Shown one piece after another: positions 33,796 to 42,993 of a DNA stretch of 44,609 nucleotides. Both the position numbers and the translations under genes were made by a program. Each line of letters begins with the position of its first letter. The first letter of the stretch is position 1. The notes beneath the pieces were generated by a model. It had not been told where the DNA came from. It saw only the letters and a program-made list of their open reading frames with translations, and searched no databases. The stretch lies in NCBI GenBank assembly GCA_947588795.1, contig CANPZJ010000001.1, positions 1-44,609 of the forward strand, in the 5' to 3' direction. Source of the stretch: an uncultured Bacilli bacterium. Lineage in GTDB: Bacteria > Bacillota_I > Bacilli_A > RF39 > UBA660.

Positions 33796-34119
33796 TTAAA
33801 AGAGAGATTTAACAACATCACTAACAAATTTCATACCATCTGTAATAAATACTTCTATCCCACTTGTTAAATTATCACCTAAATTAGACATACTACTACT
33901 ATAATCTTCTCGATCATTTTTTAAGAATGCCGTTATATCTATTTCTTCTCCGTTTTGCACCTTTTCTTCAAATTCTTTAATACCTTCTTCCGTAACAATT
34001 ACTTCATCTTTGATCTTACCTTCATAATAACCACTGATATTAGCAATAAATAAAGCAATATAAACAATAAATAAACAAATAAGTATTTTTAAAATAGGAT
34101 GTAATTTTTTCTTTTTCAT
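33796..34119 (-). CDS. Small membrane-anchored protein, unknown function
   Basis: 107 aa with an N-terminal TM. ATGA-type overlap with spoIIP. Confidence 0.6.
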   Translation of the reverse strand: MKKKKLHPILKILICLFIVYIALFIANISGYYEGKIKDEVIVTEEGIKEFEEKVQNGEEIDITAFLKNDREDYSSSMSNLGDNLTSGIEVFITDGMKFVSDVVKSLF

Positions 34120-35045
34120 AATAAATTTTCCTTTACATAACCAGCAAGTATTTTGGCTAAAACTTTAAGAGAATTATTTACTTCCGTAATATTATTATAT
34201 TGACCACCCATTTCAATTAAAACTGTATTAGGATCAAAATCTTGATTATAAATTCCATTTACTCCTTTACCACTTTTTTTCATAATACCACGATATAAAT
34301 CTTCATTATAAGCTTTTATTCTATCTCGTAACTTTTCTGCTAAAGAGAGATTTGGTTCATAATTTTCGTTATCAAGTCCTACTACAAATAGGATTCGCGC
34401 ATAAGATTCATTATCTATTTTTGTAGTGGTTTTATCATAAACAGAAGAATCTCTGTGTAAATCAATAAAGAATTTTAAACTAGGATTATTCTTTTTGGCA
34501 TCTTCTAAAAACATTCTCGATACTTTATAACTACTACCATATTTTAAATTCATACTGCGTAGAGTATCTGCTACATTATTTTCTTCTACTAAAGTTGGTA
34601 TTCCTTCATCTTCTAAATATTCTTTTAACATTTTACTCGCCATAAATATAGTTGGTGTTATATTATAAGGAAGAAGAGTTCCACTTTGATACTTTTCTTC
34701 TTGATGCGTATTATAAATATATATAATAGGTTTAGTTGTATCTATTTGAGTATTTTCTTTTTCTACTACTTCTACCTTATCTTTATTATCTTCCTCTTTA
34801 GTAACTTCTTTTTCTTCTTTTTTTAAATCAACATTTAAAGCATATTTTAATAAAAAATCTACATCTGTAATTTTATTATTTTTATAATTACCTAAATTAT
34901 CACTTATTAGGAGATCCACTATGGTATTATTGTTTACTAAATTATTATCATATAAAAATTTAATAGTTAATGCTACACTTATTAAAAACAAACCTAAATA
35001 GATAAATATATTATTAAATTTCTTTTTACTTTTAAATCTAGCCAT
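34116..35045 (-). CDS. spoIIP: Stage II sporulation protein P (SpoIIP)
   Basis: 309 aa with an N-terminal TM. Motifs are IYIYNTHQEEKY, FIDLHRDS and VLIEMGGQYNNITEVNNS. Neighbourhood with rpsT matches Bacillus. Confidence 0.85.
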   Translation of the reverse strand: MARFKSKKKFNNIFIYLGLFLISVALTIKFLYDNNLVNNNTIVDLLISDNLGNYKNNKITDVDFLLKYALNVDLKKEEKEVTKEEDNKDKVEVVEKENTQIDTTKPIIYIYNTHQEEKYQSGTLLPYNITPTIFMASKMLKEYLEDEGIPTLVEENNVADTLRSMNLKYGSSYKVSRMFLEDAKKNNPSLKFFIDLHRDSSVYDKTTTKIDNESYARILFVVGLDNENYEPNLSLAEKLRDRIKAYNEDLYRGIMKKSGKGVNGIYNQDFDPNTVLIEMGGQYNNITEVNNSLKVLAKILAGYVKENLL

Positions 35046-35167
35046 AACTATTCACCTTTATAATATTATAAATACTTAAACTTAAAATTTATGTCTAATT
35101 ATAGGACATTAAAATAAAATTTAGTAAAATTGATTGACTTATAAGAAAATTAAAGTTAAATTATAGA

Positions 35168-35266
35168 TGTAAGGCAAGAAAACTTGTCTAATGTTGGTCA
35201 ATAAAGTGGCCAAAACCGTGTTGGCACATTGCCGCTTAAAAAAGTAACCTTTATGGTTGCTTTTTT
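35168..35266 (+). ncRNA. Candidate ~100-nt small transcript (orphan promoter plus terminator)
   Basis: TTGACT(35134-35139)-17 nt-TAAATT(35157-35162) precedes three short hairpins (GGCAAG/CTTGTC, TTGGTC/GGCCAA, GGCA/TGCC). A terminator follows: AAGTAACC-TTTAT-GGTTGCTT plus T4-6 (35242-35266). There is no ORF. rpsT has its own promoter downstream. Confidence 0.2.
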
Positions 35267-35320
35267 AATTATAGAAATCTTTTTTTATCAATTTTTTTAA
35301 TATTTTTCTCATTTCTTCTT

Positions 35321-35352
35321 CGAAAATTATGTTAAGTTTAACATAATTTTCG
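35321..35352. promoter_or_regulatory. Perfect 15-bp inverted repeat (possible operator)
   Basis: CGAAAATTATGTTAA-GT-TTAACATAATTTTCG. It lies about 50 nt upstream of the rpsT -35. No flanking T-run. Confidence 0.3.
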
Positions 35353-35403
35353 TGAAAAAAATTGTTATTTTTGCGTTATTTATTAACTTCTGACAATTTA
35401 AAC

Positions 35404-35432
35404 TTGCACACTAGCATATTTTTTGGTAGAAT
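35404..35432 (+). promoter_or_regulatory. rpsT promoter
   Basis: TTGCAC(35404-35409)-17 nt-TAGAAT(35427-35432), preceded by TGG. AAGGAGGG SD lies before the ATG at 35460. Confidence 0.65.
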
Positions 35433-35459
35433 TAATATGAATTTTTAAGGAGGGACATA

Positions 35460-35720
35460 ATGCCAAATATCAAAAGTTCAAAGAAAGCTGTTAAAGTTAT
35501 TGCTAAAAAAACAGATGCAAATCATGAACTAAAACAAAGAGTTAAAAATTTAATTAAAGCTTGTGAAAAAGAAATAGCAGCAAATAATAAAGAAAATGCT
35601 AATAAAGTTTTTAAAGATTTACAAAAAAATATTGATGCTGCCCTACAAAAAGGTTTAATTAAAGCAAATACTGTTGATCGTGAAAAGAAAAGACTAAATG
35701 ATAAAATTAAAGGTATGTAG
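35460..35720 (+). CDS. rpsT: 30S ribosomal protein S20
   Basis: 86 aa beginning MPNIKSSKKAVKVIAKKT... It is basic and helical. Confidence 0.95.
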   Translation: MPNIKSSKKAVKVIAKKTDANHELKQRVKNLIKACEKEIAANNKENANKVFKDLQKNIDAALQKGLIKANTVDREKKRLNDKIKGM

Positions 35721-35768
35721 TTATTTACTACTTACTTTTTTTTTGGTAAAATTAAATAGTGATTTAAT

Positions 35769-36716
35769 ATGAAGAAAATTATCATACCGCTTATATGTTA
35801 TTTATTAATTTTAGTAATCTTACTTAATGTTAATAAAATTACCAATTTTTTAGTTAAAACAGTTTCTAGTAATCCGGTTTTAACAATTGATAATGGTAAT
35901 GAATATACGAAAGATTATGATTTTTCTTTTGTACAAAATAGTGAGACTTATGTACCATATTCCTATAATGATTTAATAAATATTTTTTATAGTATTATTA
36001 ATCAAGGGTGGGAAGAATTCACATTTTATTGCCCTGCAGAATATACTGATTGTGTTAAAGATGCTTCTAAAATAACTAAAGATGAAACATTGCTTACGCA
36101 TATTAATAATTTTGTTCATCCATTTAATAGTTTTAATTCCATTAAAACATCTATTACGGAATCTGGTGAAATTACAGTCACAGTTATTTATTTATATACT
36201 GATGATGAAATAATTAAATTAAATGAATATGTTGATGATTTAATCGAAAAACAATACAAAAAAGATAGTAATTTATATGATAATTTAAAAAGAATACATG
36301 ATTATATCGTAAATAATACAAAATATGATATTGAAAGAAATGATAAAGGCGAAAGTAAATATCGTTCTTATAATGCTTATGGTCCTGCTTTTGAAGGCTA
36401 TGCTACTTGCAATGGATATGCTGATTTAATGGCAATTATTCTTTCTAAATTAAATATTCAAAATTATAAGATAGCTACCACAAAAGAAGAAATAAGTTAT
36501 GAATCTAATGGTCATGTTTGGAATGCTTTATTATATGAAGATAAATGGGTTCACCTAGATTTAACTTGGGATGATCCAGTTAGTAGTAATGGTGAAGATT
36601 TTCTCCATCATAAATATTTCTTAGTCGATAATGAAGCATTAAAAAAAGCCGATGAAGGCAGCGTTAATGTCGAAGAACATAATTTTAATAAAGCTATTTA
36701 TCAAGAATTTAATTAA
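35769..36716 (+). CDS. Membrane-anchored transglutaminase-like cysteine peptidase domain protein
   Basis: 315 aa with an N-terminal TM. The Cys-His-Asp core is ATCNGYADLMAIIL...NGHVWNALLYEDKWVHLDLTWDDP. Confidence 0.8.
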   Translation: MKKIIIPLICYLLILVILLNVNKITNFLVKTVSSNPVLTIDNGNEYTKDYDFSFVQNSETYVPYSYNDLINIFYSIINQGWEEFTFYCPAEYTDCVKDASKITKDETLLTHINNFVHPFNSFNSIKTSITESGEITVTVIYLYTDDEIIKLNEYVDDLIEKQYKKDSNLYDNLKRIHDYIVNNTKYDIERNDKGESKYRSYNAYGPAFEGYATCNGYADLMAIILSKLNIQNYKIATTKEEISYESNGHVWNALLYEDKWVHLDLTWDDPVSSNGEDFLHHKYFLVDNEALKKADEGSVNVEEHNFNKAIYQEFN

Positions 36717-37555
36717 CCGATATAATTAATAACTTCTTTAATAGTTTCAGCAAAATTATCATAATTTGTTTGAAACCATTCTATAGGCATTTGATTATTA
36801 AACCAAGTATATTGTCTTTTCGCGTAATGGCGCGAATTTTTTTTGATTAAGTCTTTAGCTTCTTCTAAAGATAATTCACCATTTAAATATGAAATAACCT
36901 CTTTATAACCAATGGCTCTTTTTAATATTTTATTATCCGGATATTTATTATATAAATCTTTTACTTCATCTACTAATCCTAATTCAAACATTTCATCTAC
37001 TCTCTTATTTATCTTATCATATAAAATATTTCTATCAGTAGTAAGACCAATAAATTTAACATCATATAGTAATTTAGATGATTTTTCTACTTTTCCTTCT
37101 CTTTTTAAATAATTTTCGAGTCTTATTCTATTATTTACATGAATATCAACACTCGGATCTATTTCCCTACACATTGTTAATAATTCCTCATTACTAAACT
37201 TAGAATAATCGACACTTTTAAATTCTTGAAAATGATAATCATATAATAATGCTTTTAAATAAAGGCCAGTGCCACCAACTAAAATGATATTTTTATCTTT
37301 ATTTTCTTCGATTATTTTACGAGCATCTTTTTGAAAGTCTGCTACACTATAATCTTCATCCGGATTTTTGATATCAAGAAGATAATGTTTTATACCACTC
37401 TTTTCTTCTTCCGTAATTTTAGCACTACCTATATCTAGTCCTTTATATATTTGGGTAGCATCAACACTTATTATTATTCCCTTATATTTTTTTGCTAGTT
37501 CAATACTTAATTTAGTTTTACCTACACCAGTCGGACCTACTACTGCTATAATCAT
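36713..37555 (-). CDS. miaA: tRNA dimethylallyltransferase MiaA
   Basis: The P-loop is MIIAVVGPTGVGKTKLSIELAKKY. Start preferred at the ATG at 37553-37555, with GGGTGA upstream. The track start at 37609 adds 18 implausible residues. Confidence 0.9.
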   Translation of the reverse strand: MIIAVVGPTGVGKTKLSIELAKKYKGIIISVDATQIYKGLDIGSAKITEEEKSGIKHYLLDIKNPDEDYSVADFQKDARKIIEENKDKNIILVGGTGLYLKALLYDYHFQEFKSVDYSKFSNEELLTMCREIDPSVDIHVNNRIRLENYLKREGKVEKSSKLLYDVKFIGLTTDRNILYDKINKRVDEMFELGLVDEVKDLYNKYPDNKILKRAIGYKEVISYLNGELSLEEAKDLIKKNSRHYAKRQYTWFNNQMPIEWFQTNYDNFAETIKEVINYIG

Positions 37556-37646
37556 AAAATCACCCAAAATCTTTAATAAAATTATATAAAATAAATAATA
37601 ATTTGACAATAAATTATTAAATTGCTATATTAATTTTGTGATTTAT

Positions 37647-38759
37647 ATGCATGTTATTGGTATTATTTGTGAATATAATCCATTTCATAATGGTCATTTA
37701 TATCATTTAAAAAAGATTAAAGAAATGTTTCCGGATAGTCTAGTCATTTTAGTTTTAAATGGCTACTTTTTAGAACGGGGAGAAATATCTATTATTAGTA
37801 AAGAAAATAAAACTAAAATTGCCCTACAATCAGGTATTGATTTAGTTATTGAGCTTCCTTTTGTATATGGAACACAAAGTGCCGATATCTTTGCCAATAT
37901 TAGTATTACTATCTTAGAAAAACTACACTGTGAATATGTCGTATTTGGTAGTGAAATAAATGATATTAATACATTAGAAAAAATTGCTGATTATACTCTA
38001 AACAATAAAGAATACGACAAAGATGTTAAGAAATATTTAGATGAGGGTGTAAATTTTCCTACTGCTCTAGCTAAAGCGATAAAAATAGATTTTGATTTTA
38101 AACCAAATGATTTACTAGGTATATCATACATAAAAAGTATCAAAATGAATAAATATAAAATTAAACCAATAACTATTAAAAGAACTAATGATTATTTAGA
38201 TACTACTTTAGATAATGATATAGTAAGTGCCTCAAATATTAGACTTAGAATAAAAATGGGAGAAAACATAAGTAAATATGTACCAAAATATACTTTAGAC
38301 TATTTAGAAAAGATAGATGAAGATAAATTATTTAACTTACTAAAATATAAAATAATTACCGATGAAGATTTAAGTATTTATTTAGATGCTGATGAAGGTA
38401 TTGAAAATAGACTTAAAAAAGTCATAAATGAAGCAAATAATATAGATGAACTAATAAATAAGGTTAAATCCAAAAGATACACTTTTAATAAGATTAGAAG
38501 AATGCTTATTCATATCTTAATTGGTTTAACAAAAGATGATAATAAATTATTAAAACTTGATTATATAAAAGTACTAGGATTCAATAAAAATGGTCAAAAA
38601 TATCTAAACAGTATCAAAAAAGATGAGGACATTGATTTTATTCCTGATAAAAATTCCTTAATATACAATTATGAATTAAAAGCGAGCAAAATATATGATT
38701 TAATAACTAATACTAATACCACTCTTTTTGAAGTTAAAAACAAACCAATTAAATACTAA
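37647..38759 (+). CDS. tmcAL: tRNA(Met) cytidine acetate ligase TmcAL (YlbM/UPF0348 nucleotidyltransferase)
   Basis: It carries the GIICEYNPFHNGHLYHLKKIKE signature. Start is the ATG at 37647 (MHVIG...), whereas the track uses a GTG at 37638. Confidence 0.85.
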   Translation: MHVIGIICEYNPFHNGHLYHLKKIKEMFPDSLVILVLNGYFLERGEISIISKENKTKIALQSGIDLVIELPFVYGTQSADIFANISITILEKLHCEYVVFGSEINDINTLEKIADYTLNNKEYDKDVKKYLDEGVNFPTALAKAIKIDFDFKPNDLLGISYIKSIKMNKYKIKPITIKRTNDYLDTTLDNDIVSASNIRLRIKMGENISKYVPKYTLDYLEKIDEDKLFNLLKYKIITDEDLSIYLDADEGIENRLKKVINEANNIDELINKVKSKRYTFNKIRRMLIHILIGLTKDDNKLLKLDYIKVLGFNKNGQKYLNSIKKDEDIDFIPDKNSLIYNYELKASKIYDLITNTNTTLFEVKNKPIKY

Positions 38760-38852
38760 AAAGTATCATAATTTCCCTTATCAATTACCGCTTGACATTT
38801 ATATACATTAGTGTTATTATAGACGACAAATTCACAAAGGGGGGATTTTGAT

Positions 38853-40211
38853 ATGAACGGTGAATTAGAAAAAATAAAAGAATATGAGGCAAAATTAGCT
38901 GCCCGAAAGGCATTAAAGAAAACCTATGATGACCAAATCAAAAAAGGTAGAATTTTAACAGATGAAGAAACTAAGGAACATCTAGCATTATGTGATGAAA
39001 TTAAACTTTTAAAGGATAAAATTAAAGAACTAAAATCTCATAAAGCTAATGATAATCAAGATATTGAAGAAGCCGAAACAGAAAAAAAACAAAAAAGAAT
39101 TCAAGCTGCTTTAATTGGCCTTGCATGTCTTACAAGTATGGGAATTGGAATAGTTGCAACTAAAGTTTTTTCAGAACCTAAAAATAATTCTGAAAAAACT
39201 AGTGATGATACTAAAGCAACTGAAGAACCAGTTGCTACAATAGCTCCTACTGATGCTTATAACTATGAAGAAAACACTTATGTAGCACCTGAAACTGAAG
39301 TTATTAATACTCCTGAACCTACTGTTATACCAGAACCTGCTGCTACACCAGTTCCAACACCTGATGTTACGATAACTCCTGAACCTACTTTAACTCCAGA
39401 ACCAACTGCTACACCAGTTCCAACACCAAGTAATCCATTTATGAATGTAATGGGTTATAATGAAGCATATTTAAAAGATTATGAAGATGCAATGAATAGA
39501 TATAATATTTTAGCTGAAAAAGCAGTTGACTATGTTAATCGTACTCATATTATTCAAGATAATTATCATTTCTTTGCAGAAACAAGTATTAATGAAGCTC
39601 TTAAAGTAATAATGGCTATTGATCAAAGAGAAATAATGACAGATGAAAATAACAATGTTGCTGATGCAATGAATAATTCACTTAATACTGTTTTAGATGG
39701 TGTCTTATGGAAAGGCTTAACTGATGCCGATATAGCTAAGTTAGATGCTATACCTTATTTTGCGGAAGAAGGTACTGATTTAAATATCCATTTAAAAGAA
39801 TATGCAAGACTTGCTAAAGATGCAATTGTTAACCAAACTGAAGAAGCATTTAATAATATGTATCAATACTTACAAATATTTACATTAAGTCAATTTGATA
39901 ATACTTTAGCGGTAAATATCATAGAACCTGATGGTTCAATTACTGAAAGACCAGTAAATGAATCAACTGTTGAAATTGTTGGTACTGTAACAAGAGAATT
40001 TTATGATGCTGCAACTGTTAATAATGTTTTTGATTGGTGGATGGCTTACAATTCATTTATAAAACCACTTTATAGTACATACTTTCCTTATGATTATTAT
40101 GATGAAAGAGTTAGAAGATGGGAAGACTTGCAATGTATTATGCAATCTGGTATGGAAGATCCTAAATTTGATGAAGTATGTGGTAATTCATTAACACTTG
40201 GAGGTGAATAA
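38853..40211 (+). CDS. Bitopic protein: N-terminal coiled coil, TM, PEPT-rich linker, unknown C-terminal domain
   Basis: 452 aa. The promoter is TTGACA-17 nt-TATTAT upstream, with SD AAAGGGGGG. The linker PEPTVIPEPAATPVPTPDVTITPEPTLTPEPTATPVPTP is encoded by a duplicated ~66-bp unit. Confidence 0.8.
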   Translation: MNGELEKIKEYEAKLAARKALKKTYDDQIKKGRILTDEETKEHLALCDEIKLLKDKIKELKSHKANDNQDIEEAETEKKQKRIQAALIGLACLTSMGIGIVATKVFSEPKNNSEKTSDDTKATEEPVATIAPTDAYNYEENTYVAPETEVINTPEPTVIPEPAATPVPTPDVTITPEPTLTPEPTATPVPTPSNPFMNVMGYNEAYLKDYEDAMNRYNILAEKAVDYVNRTHIIQDNYHFFAETSINEALKVIMAIDQREIMTDENNNVADAMNNSLNTVLDGVLWKGLTDADIAKLDAIPYFAEEGTDLNIHLKEYARLAKDAIVNQTEEAFNNMYQYLQIFTLSQFDNTLAVNIIEPDGSITERPVNESTVEIVGTVTREFYDAATVNNVFDWWMAYNSFIKPLYSTYFPYDYYDERVRRWEDLQCIMQSGMEDPKFDEVCGNSLTLGGE

Positions 40212-40212
40212 T

Positions 40213-42279
40213 ATGTATACAGAAGATACAAGAAGAAGTATTGATTGGCCTAGTGTTATCAAAAAAGGATTAATTATTTTAATAGTAGCCTTAGTTATAT
40301 TCTTAATTATTTGGCTATTTGCTAGAAATAACAATAATAATGTTAATGTCAATGTTGGTAATGACAATAATACTAATAATGGTACTTTAACTAATCCAGA
40401 TGCTTATTCTAATGAATTTATTAATGGTTTCCATTATGTTCATGATATTGCAAAAGATTACTTCTTAGTTAAAGAATTACCTGCTAATGGACAAACTATT
40501 AAATATACCTTAAGAGAATTAATTGACAAAGGTTTAATTCTTCCGTTTACTTATAAAGATAATGAAACTTGTGATGTTGAAGCAAGTTATGTAACTGTTA
40601 CAAATGAAAATGGTAAATATAGTATGACTACTACTCTAGTTTGTGGTAGAGAAGTTGCTAAAACTACAGAAGAATTAGGTTGTAATCAATTATGTGTAAG
40701 CGGAAATTGTAAAGTAACGATTGTTGAAAACAAACTTGCCTATGAATATCAATTTAGACAAGCATATAGTACAACAGAAAATGTTTATATTTGTCCTGAT
40801 GGCTATACTAAATCTATGAATGGTAACAACGTTATTTGTGTTAAAGGTGATGAAACAACAATTAATTCAACAAAATTAACAGAATACAATTGTCCAGAGG
40901 GTTATACTAAAACTGGTAGTGGCAGTAATACAATGTGTGTAGCTGACAAAAATAAAACTACTGCTCCAACTTGCCCTGATGGTTATTATCAATCTGGTGA
41001 TAAATGTACTAGAGTAAGTTCTAGCCAAAAAACTGAAACAACTGAAGCTACTTGTCCTAGTGGCTATACTAAATCTGGTAGTGGTTCAAATATCACTTGT
41101 TCTAAAATAAATACTAGTACTAGAGTTGAAACTATTGAAGCTATTTGTCCAAATGGCTATACTAAATCTGGTAATGGTTCAAATATCACTTGTTCTCAAA
41201 GTGTAGCATCATCTAAAACAGAAACAACTAATCCAACTTGTCCTAAAGGATATACTAAATCTGGTAGTGGTTCAAAAATCAAATGTACTAAAACTACTTC
41301 TTCAACAGTTAATGCAACTGCTAAAAAATCATATAGTTGTCCAAATGGTGGTACTTTAAGTGGTACTAAATGTAAATATACTGCTACAGGTAAAAAATCA
41401 ACATATTATCAAAGTTTTATAACATCAAAAGGAAAAACATATAATGGTTGTTCATTAGTAGGAACATATACTTCACCATGTGCTAGTGGTAAAAATTGTA
41501 CTCAAACATATTATAGATATTTATGTACAACCACAACTTATAGTTGTCCAAAAGGTGGCTCTGTAAGTGGTACTACATGTTCTTATAATGCAACTTCAAA
41601 AACTACATATAGTTGCTCTAAAGGAACTTTAAGTGGTACTAAATGTAAAATATCAGATACTCAATCTGCTAATCCAACTTGTCCTAGTGGCTATACTAAA
41701 TCTGGTAGTGGTTCAAACATTAAATGTTCTAAAAGCGTTCCAACTACTATAACTCAAACTGCTAATCCAACTTGTCCTATTGGTTATGTACAATCTGGTA
41801 GCGGTGCATCAATAAGCTGTTCTAAAAATGTTGTTGCTAACACTACAGATACTACTAATCCAATTTGTCCTAGTGGTTATGCTCAAATTGGTAGTGGTGC
41901 ATCAATTCAATGTTCTAGAACTACAGCATTTTCTTCTGCCGAAAGTAAAGACTTTATTTGTCCAGATGGTTTCACAAAAACAGGAAGTGGTGCTAATACT
42001 AAATGTACTGCTAAAGAAACTTTAAAGAAAAATGCTACAGTACATACAGATTATGTATGTCCTAATGGTTATACAAAATATGGTATTGGTTCAAATTCTA
42101 AATGTACAAAAGGTATTACAAGTACTGTAAATCCAACTAAACAAACTAAAGAAGTAACAAAATATAGATATAAATGGAGTTGTGAAACAACTCTTACAGG
42201 TTGGGAAAGAACAGGAAACTATCGTCAATCAACAACTTGTACAAATACTAATACAAATGAAGAAGTTATTGTCAAATAG
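40213..42279 (+). CDS. Membrane-anchored protein with ~14 tandem CPxGYTKSGSGSxxxC cysteine repeats
   Basis: Start is the ATG at 40213, with GGAGGTGA 5 nt upstream (the track uses a TTG at 40198). It has an N-terminal TM, an N-rich spacer and a ~110-aa domain. Repeated units then follow, such as CPSGYTKSGSGSNITC, CPNGYTKSGNGSNITC and CPKGYTKSGSGSKIKC. Confidence 0.85.
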   Translation: MYTEDTRRSIDWPSVIKKGLIILIVALVIFLIIWLFARNNNNNVNVNVGNDNNTNNGTLTNPDAYSNEFINGFHYVHDIAKDYFLVKELPANGQTIKYTLRELIDKGLILPFTYKDNETCDVEASYVTVTNENGKYSMTTTLVCGREVAKTTEELGCNQLCVSGNCKVTIVENKLAYEYQFRQAYSTTENVYICPDGYTKSMNGNNVICVKGDETTINSTKLTEYNCPEGYTKTGSGSNTMCVADKNKTTAPTCPDGYYQSGDKCTRVSSSQKTETTEATCPSGYTKSGSGSNITCSKINTSTRVETIEAICPNGYTKSGNGSNITCSQSVASSKTETTNPTCPKGYTKSGSGSKIKCTKTTSSTVNATAKKSYSCPNGGTLSGTKCKYTATGKKSTYYQSFITSKGKTYNGCSLVGTYTSPCASGKNCTQTYYRYLCTTTTYSCPKGGSVSGTTCSYNATSKTTYSCSKGTLSGTKCKISDTQSANPTCPSGYTKSGSGSNIKCSKSVPTTITQTANPTCPIGYVQSGSGASISCSKNVVANTTDTTNPICPSGYAQIGSGASIQCSRTTAFSSAESKDFICPDGFTKTGSGANTKCTAKETLKKNATVHTDYVCPNGYTKYGIGSNSKCTKGITSTVNPTKQTKEVTKYRYKWSCETTLTGWERTGNYRQSTTCTNTNTNEEVIVK
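40792..42105 (+). repeat. Coding tandem-repeat array (~80-95 bp units, several near-identical at DNA level)
   Basis: The recurrent string is TGTCCTAGTGGCTATACTAAATCTGGTAGTGGTTCAAA(T/C)AT. The first Cys codon is at 40792 and the last at 42103-42105. Confidence 0.75.
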
Positions 42280-42297
42280 GCAATAACTTCTTTTTTA
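42261..42297. terminator. Bidirectional intrinsic terminator shared by convergent genes
   Basis: AGAAGTTATTG (42261-42271) pairs with CAATAACTTCT (42281-42291), followed by T6. The TAG stop of the plus-strand gene sits in the loop. Confidence 0.65.
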
Positions 42298-42945
42298 AAT
42301 TAAATCTTCAAAATATTTTGGTACTGGTATAGTTATATTTATTAACTCTTTAGTAATAGGATGTTTAAATTCTAAATGATTAGCATGTAAATATAAGTAT
42401 TTAACTTTATTTTTAATCTTACTATATTTTTTATCTCCAACTATTGGATATCCTAAATCATTTAAATGAACTCTTATTTGATTCTTTCTTCCGGTTAAAA
42501 GATTAATTTTAAGTAAAGTATATAATTTATTACTTTTAATTTTTTCATATTCAGTTATAGCTAATTTACCATTTTTATTATTAGTAGAATACACTAAATT
42601 AGTTTTAGTTTCTTTCAAATAAGATTTAATTATTCCCTTATTATTTTTAACATTACCATTTACTACTACCATATATTCTCTTTTAACATTAGACCAATTA
42701 TCTTGCATTAATCTTTTTATTTTTTCTGACTTAGCAAACATAATTAAGCCAGATGTATCTTTATCTAAACGATGAATTATAAATACTTTATTGTTTTTAT
42801 TTTGTTTTTGTAAGTATTCTCTTACCTGATGATATAAAGTATTTATTTTCTCTTTATCAGTACTTATTGTAAGCATACCACTTTTTTTATTTACAATAAT
42901 TAAATATTTATCTTCGTAAACTATATCTAACTTCTCTTTTTTCAT
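42295..42945 (-). CDS. RluA-family pseudouridine synthase
   Basis: 216 aa with the catalytic motif HRLDKDTSGLIMFAK, plus GRKNQIRVH. Confidence 0.9.
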   Translation of the reverse strand: MKKEKLDIVYEDKYLIIVNKKSGMLTISTDKEKINTLYHQVREYLQKQNKNNKVFIIHRLDKDTSGLIMFAKSEKIKRLMQDNWSNVKREYMVVVNGNVKNNKGIIKSYLKETKTNLVYSTNNKNGKLAITEYEKIKSNKLYTLLKINLLTGRKNQIRVHLNDLGYPIVGDKKYSKIKNKVKYLYLHANHLEFKHPITKELINITIPVPKYFEDLI

Positions 42946-42965
42946 AAGTTAATTATAATTTAATA

Positions 42966-42993
42966 ATTAAAAAAAGTCTACATTACATAGACT
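42966..42993 (-). terminator. Intrinsic terminator
   Basis: Minus strand reads AGTCTA-TGTAATG-TAGACT followed by T7. It lies directly 3' of the stop at 42994. Confidence 0.5.

Noticed and set aside
38839-38844. The G6 run in the SD region of the gene at 38853 as a fifth phase-variable tract.
   Set aside because: It is shorter than the other tracts. It lies in the ribosome-binding site (AAAGGGGGG), where G-richness is expected. It lacks the conserved TTC-G(n)-TATA context. I note it only as a weak possibility.
1526-42025. Short ORFs from the track that lie antisense to, or out of frame within, long well-supported genes: 1526-1747, 3519-3743, 8180-8365, 9042-9233, 9781-10026, 17132-17392, 17968-18201, 18450-18677, 23406-23591, 24327-24560, 25094-25339, 28006-28188, 29412-29645, 29653-29850, 33177-33485, 36912-37112, 41828-42025.
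   Set aside because: Each is fully embedded in a longer ORF with recognisable domains or signal peptides. Their products are low-complexity F/L/I/S-rich strings, typical of the antisense frames of AT-rich genes. I saw no SD sequences.
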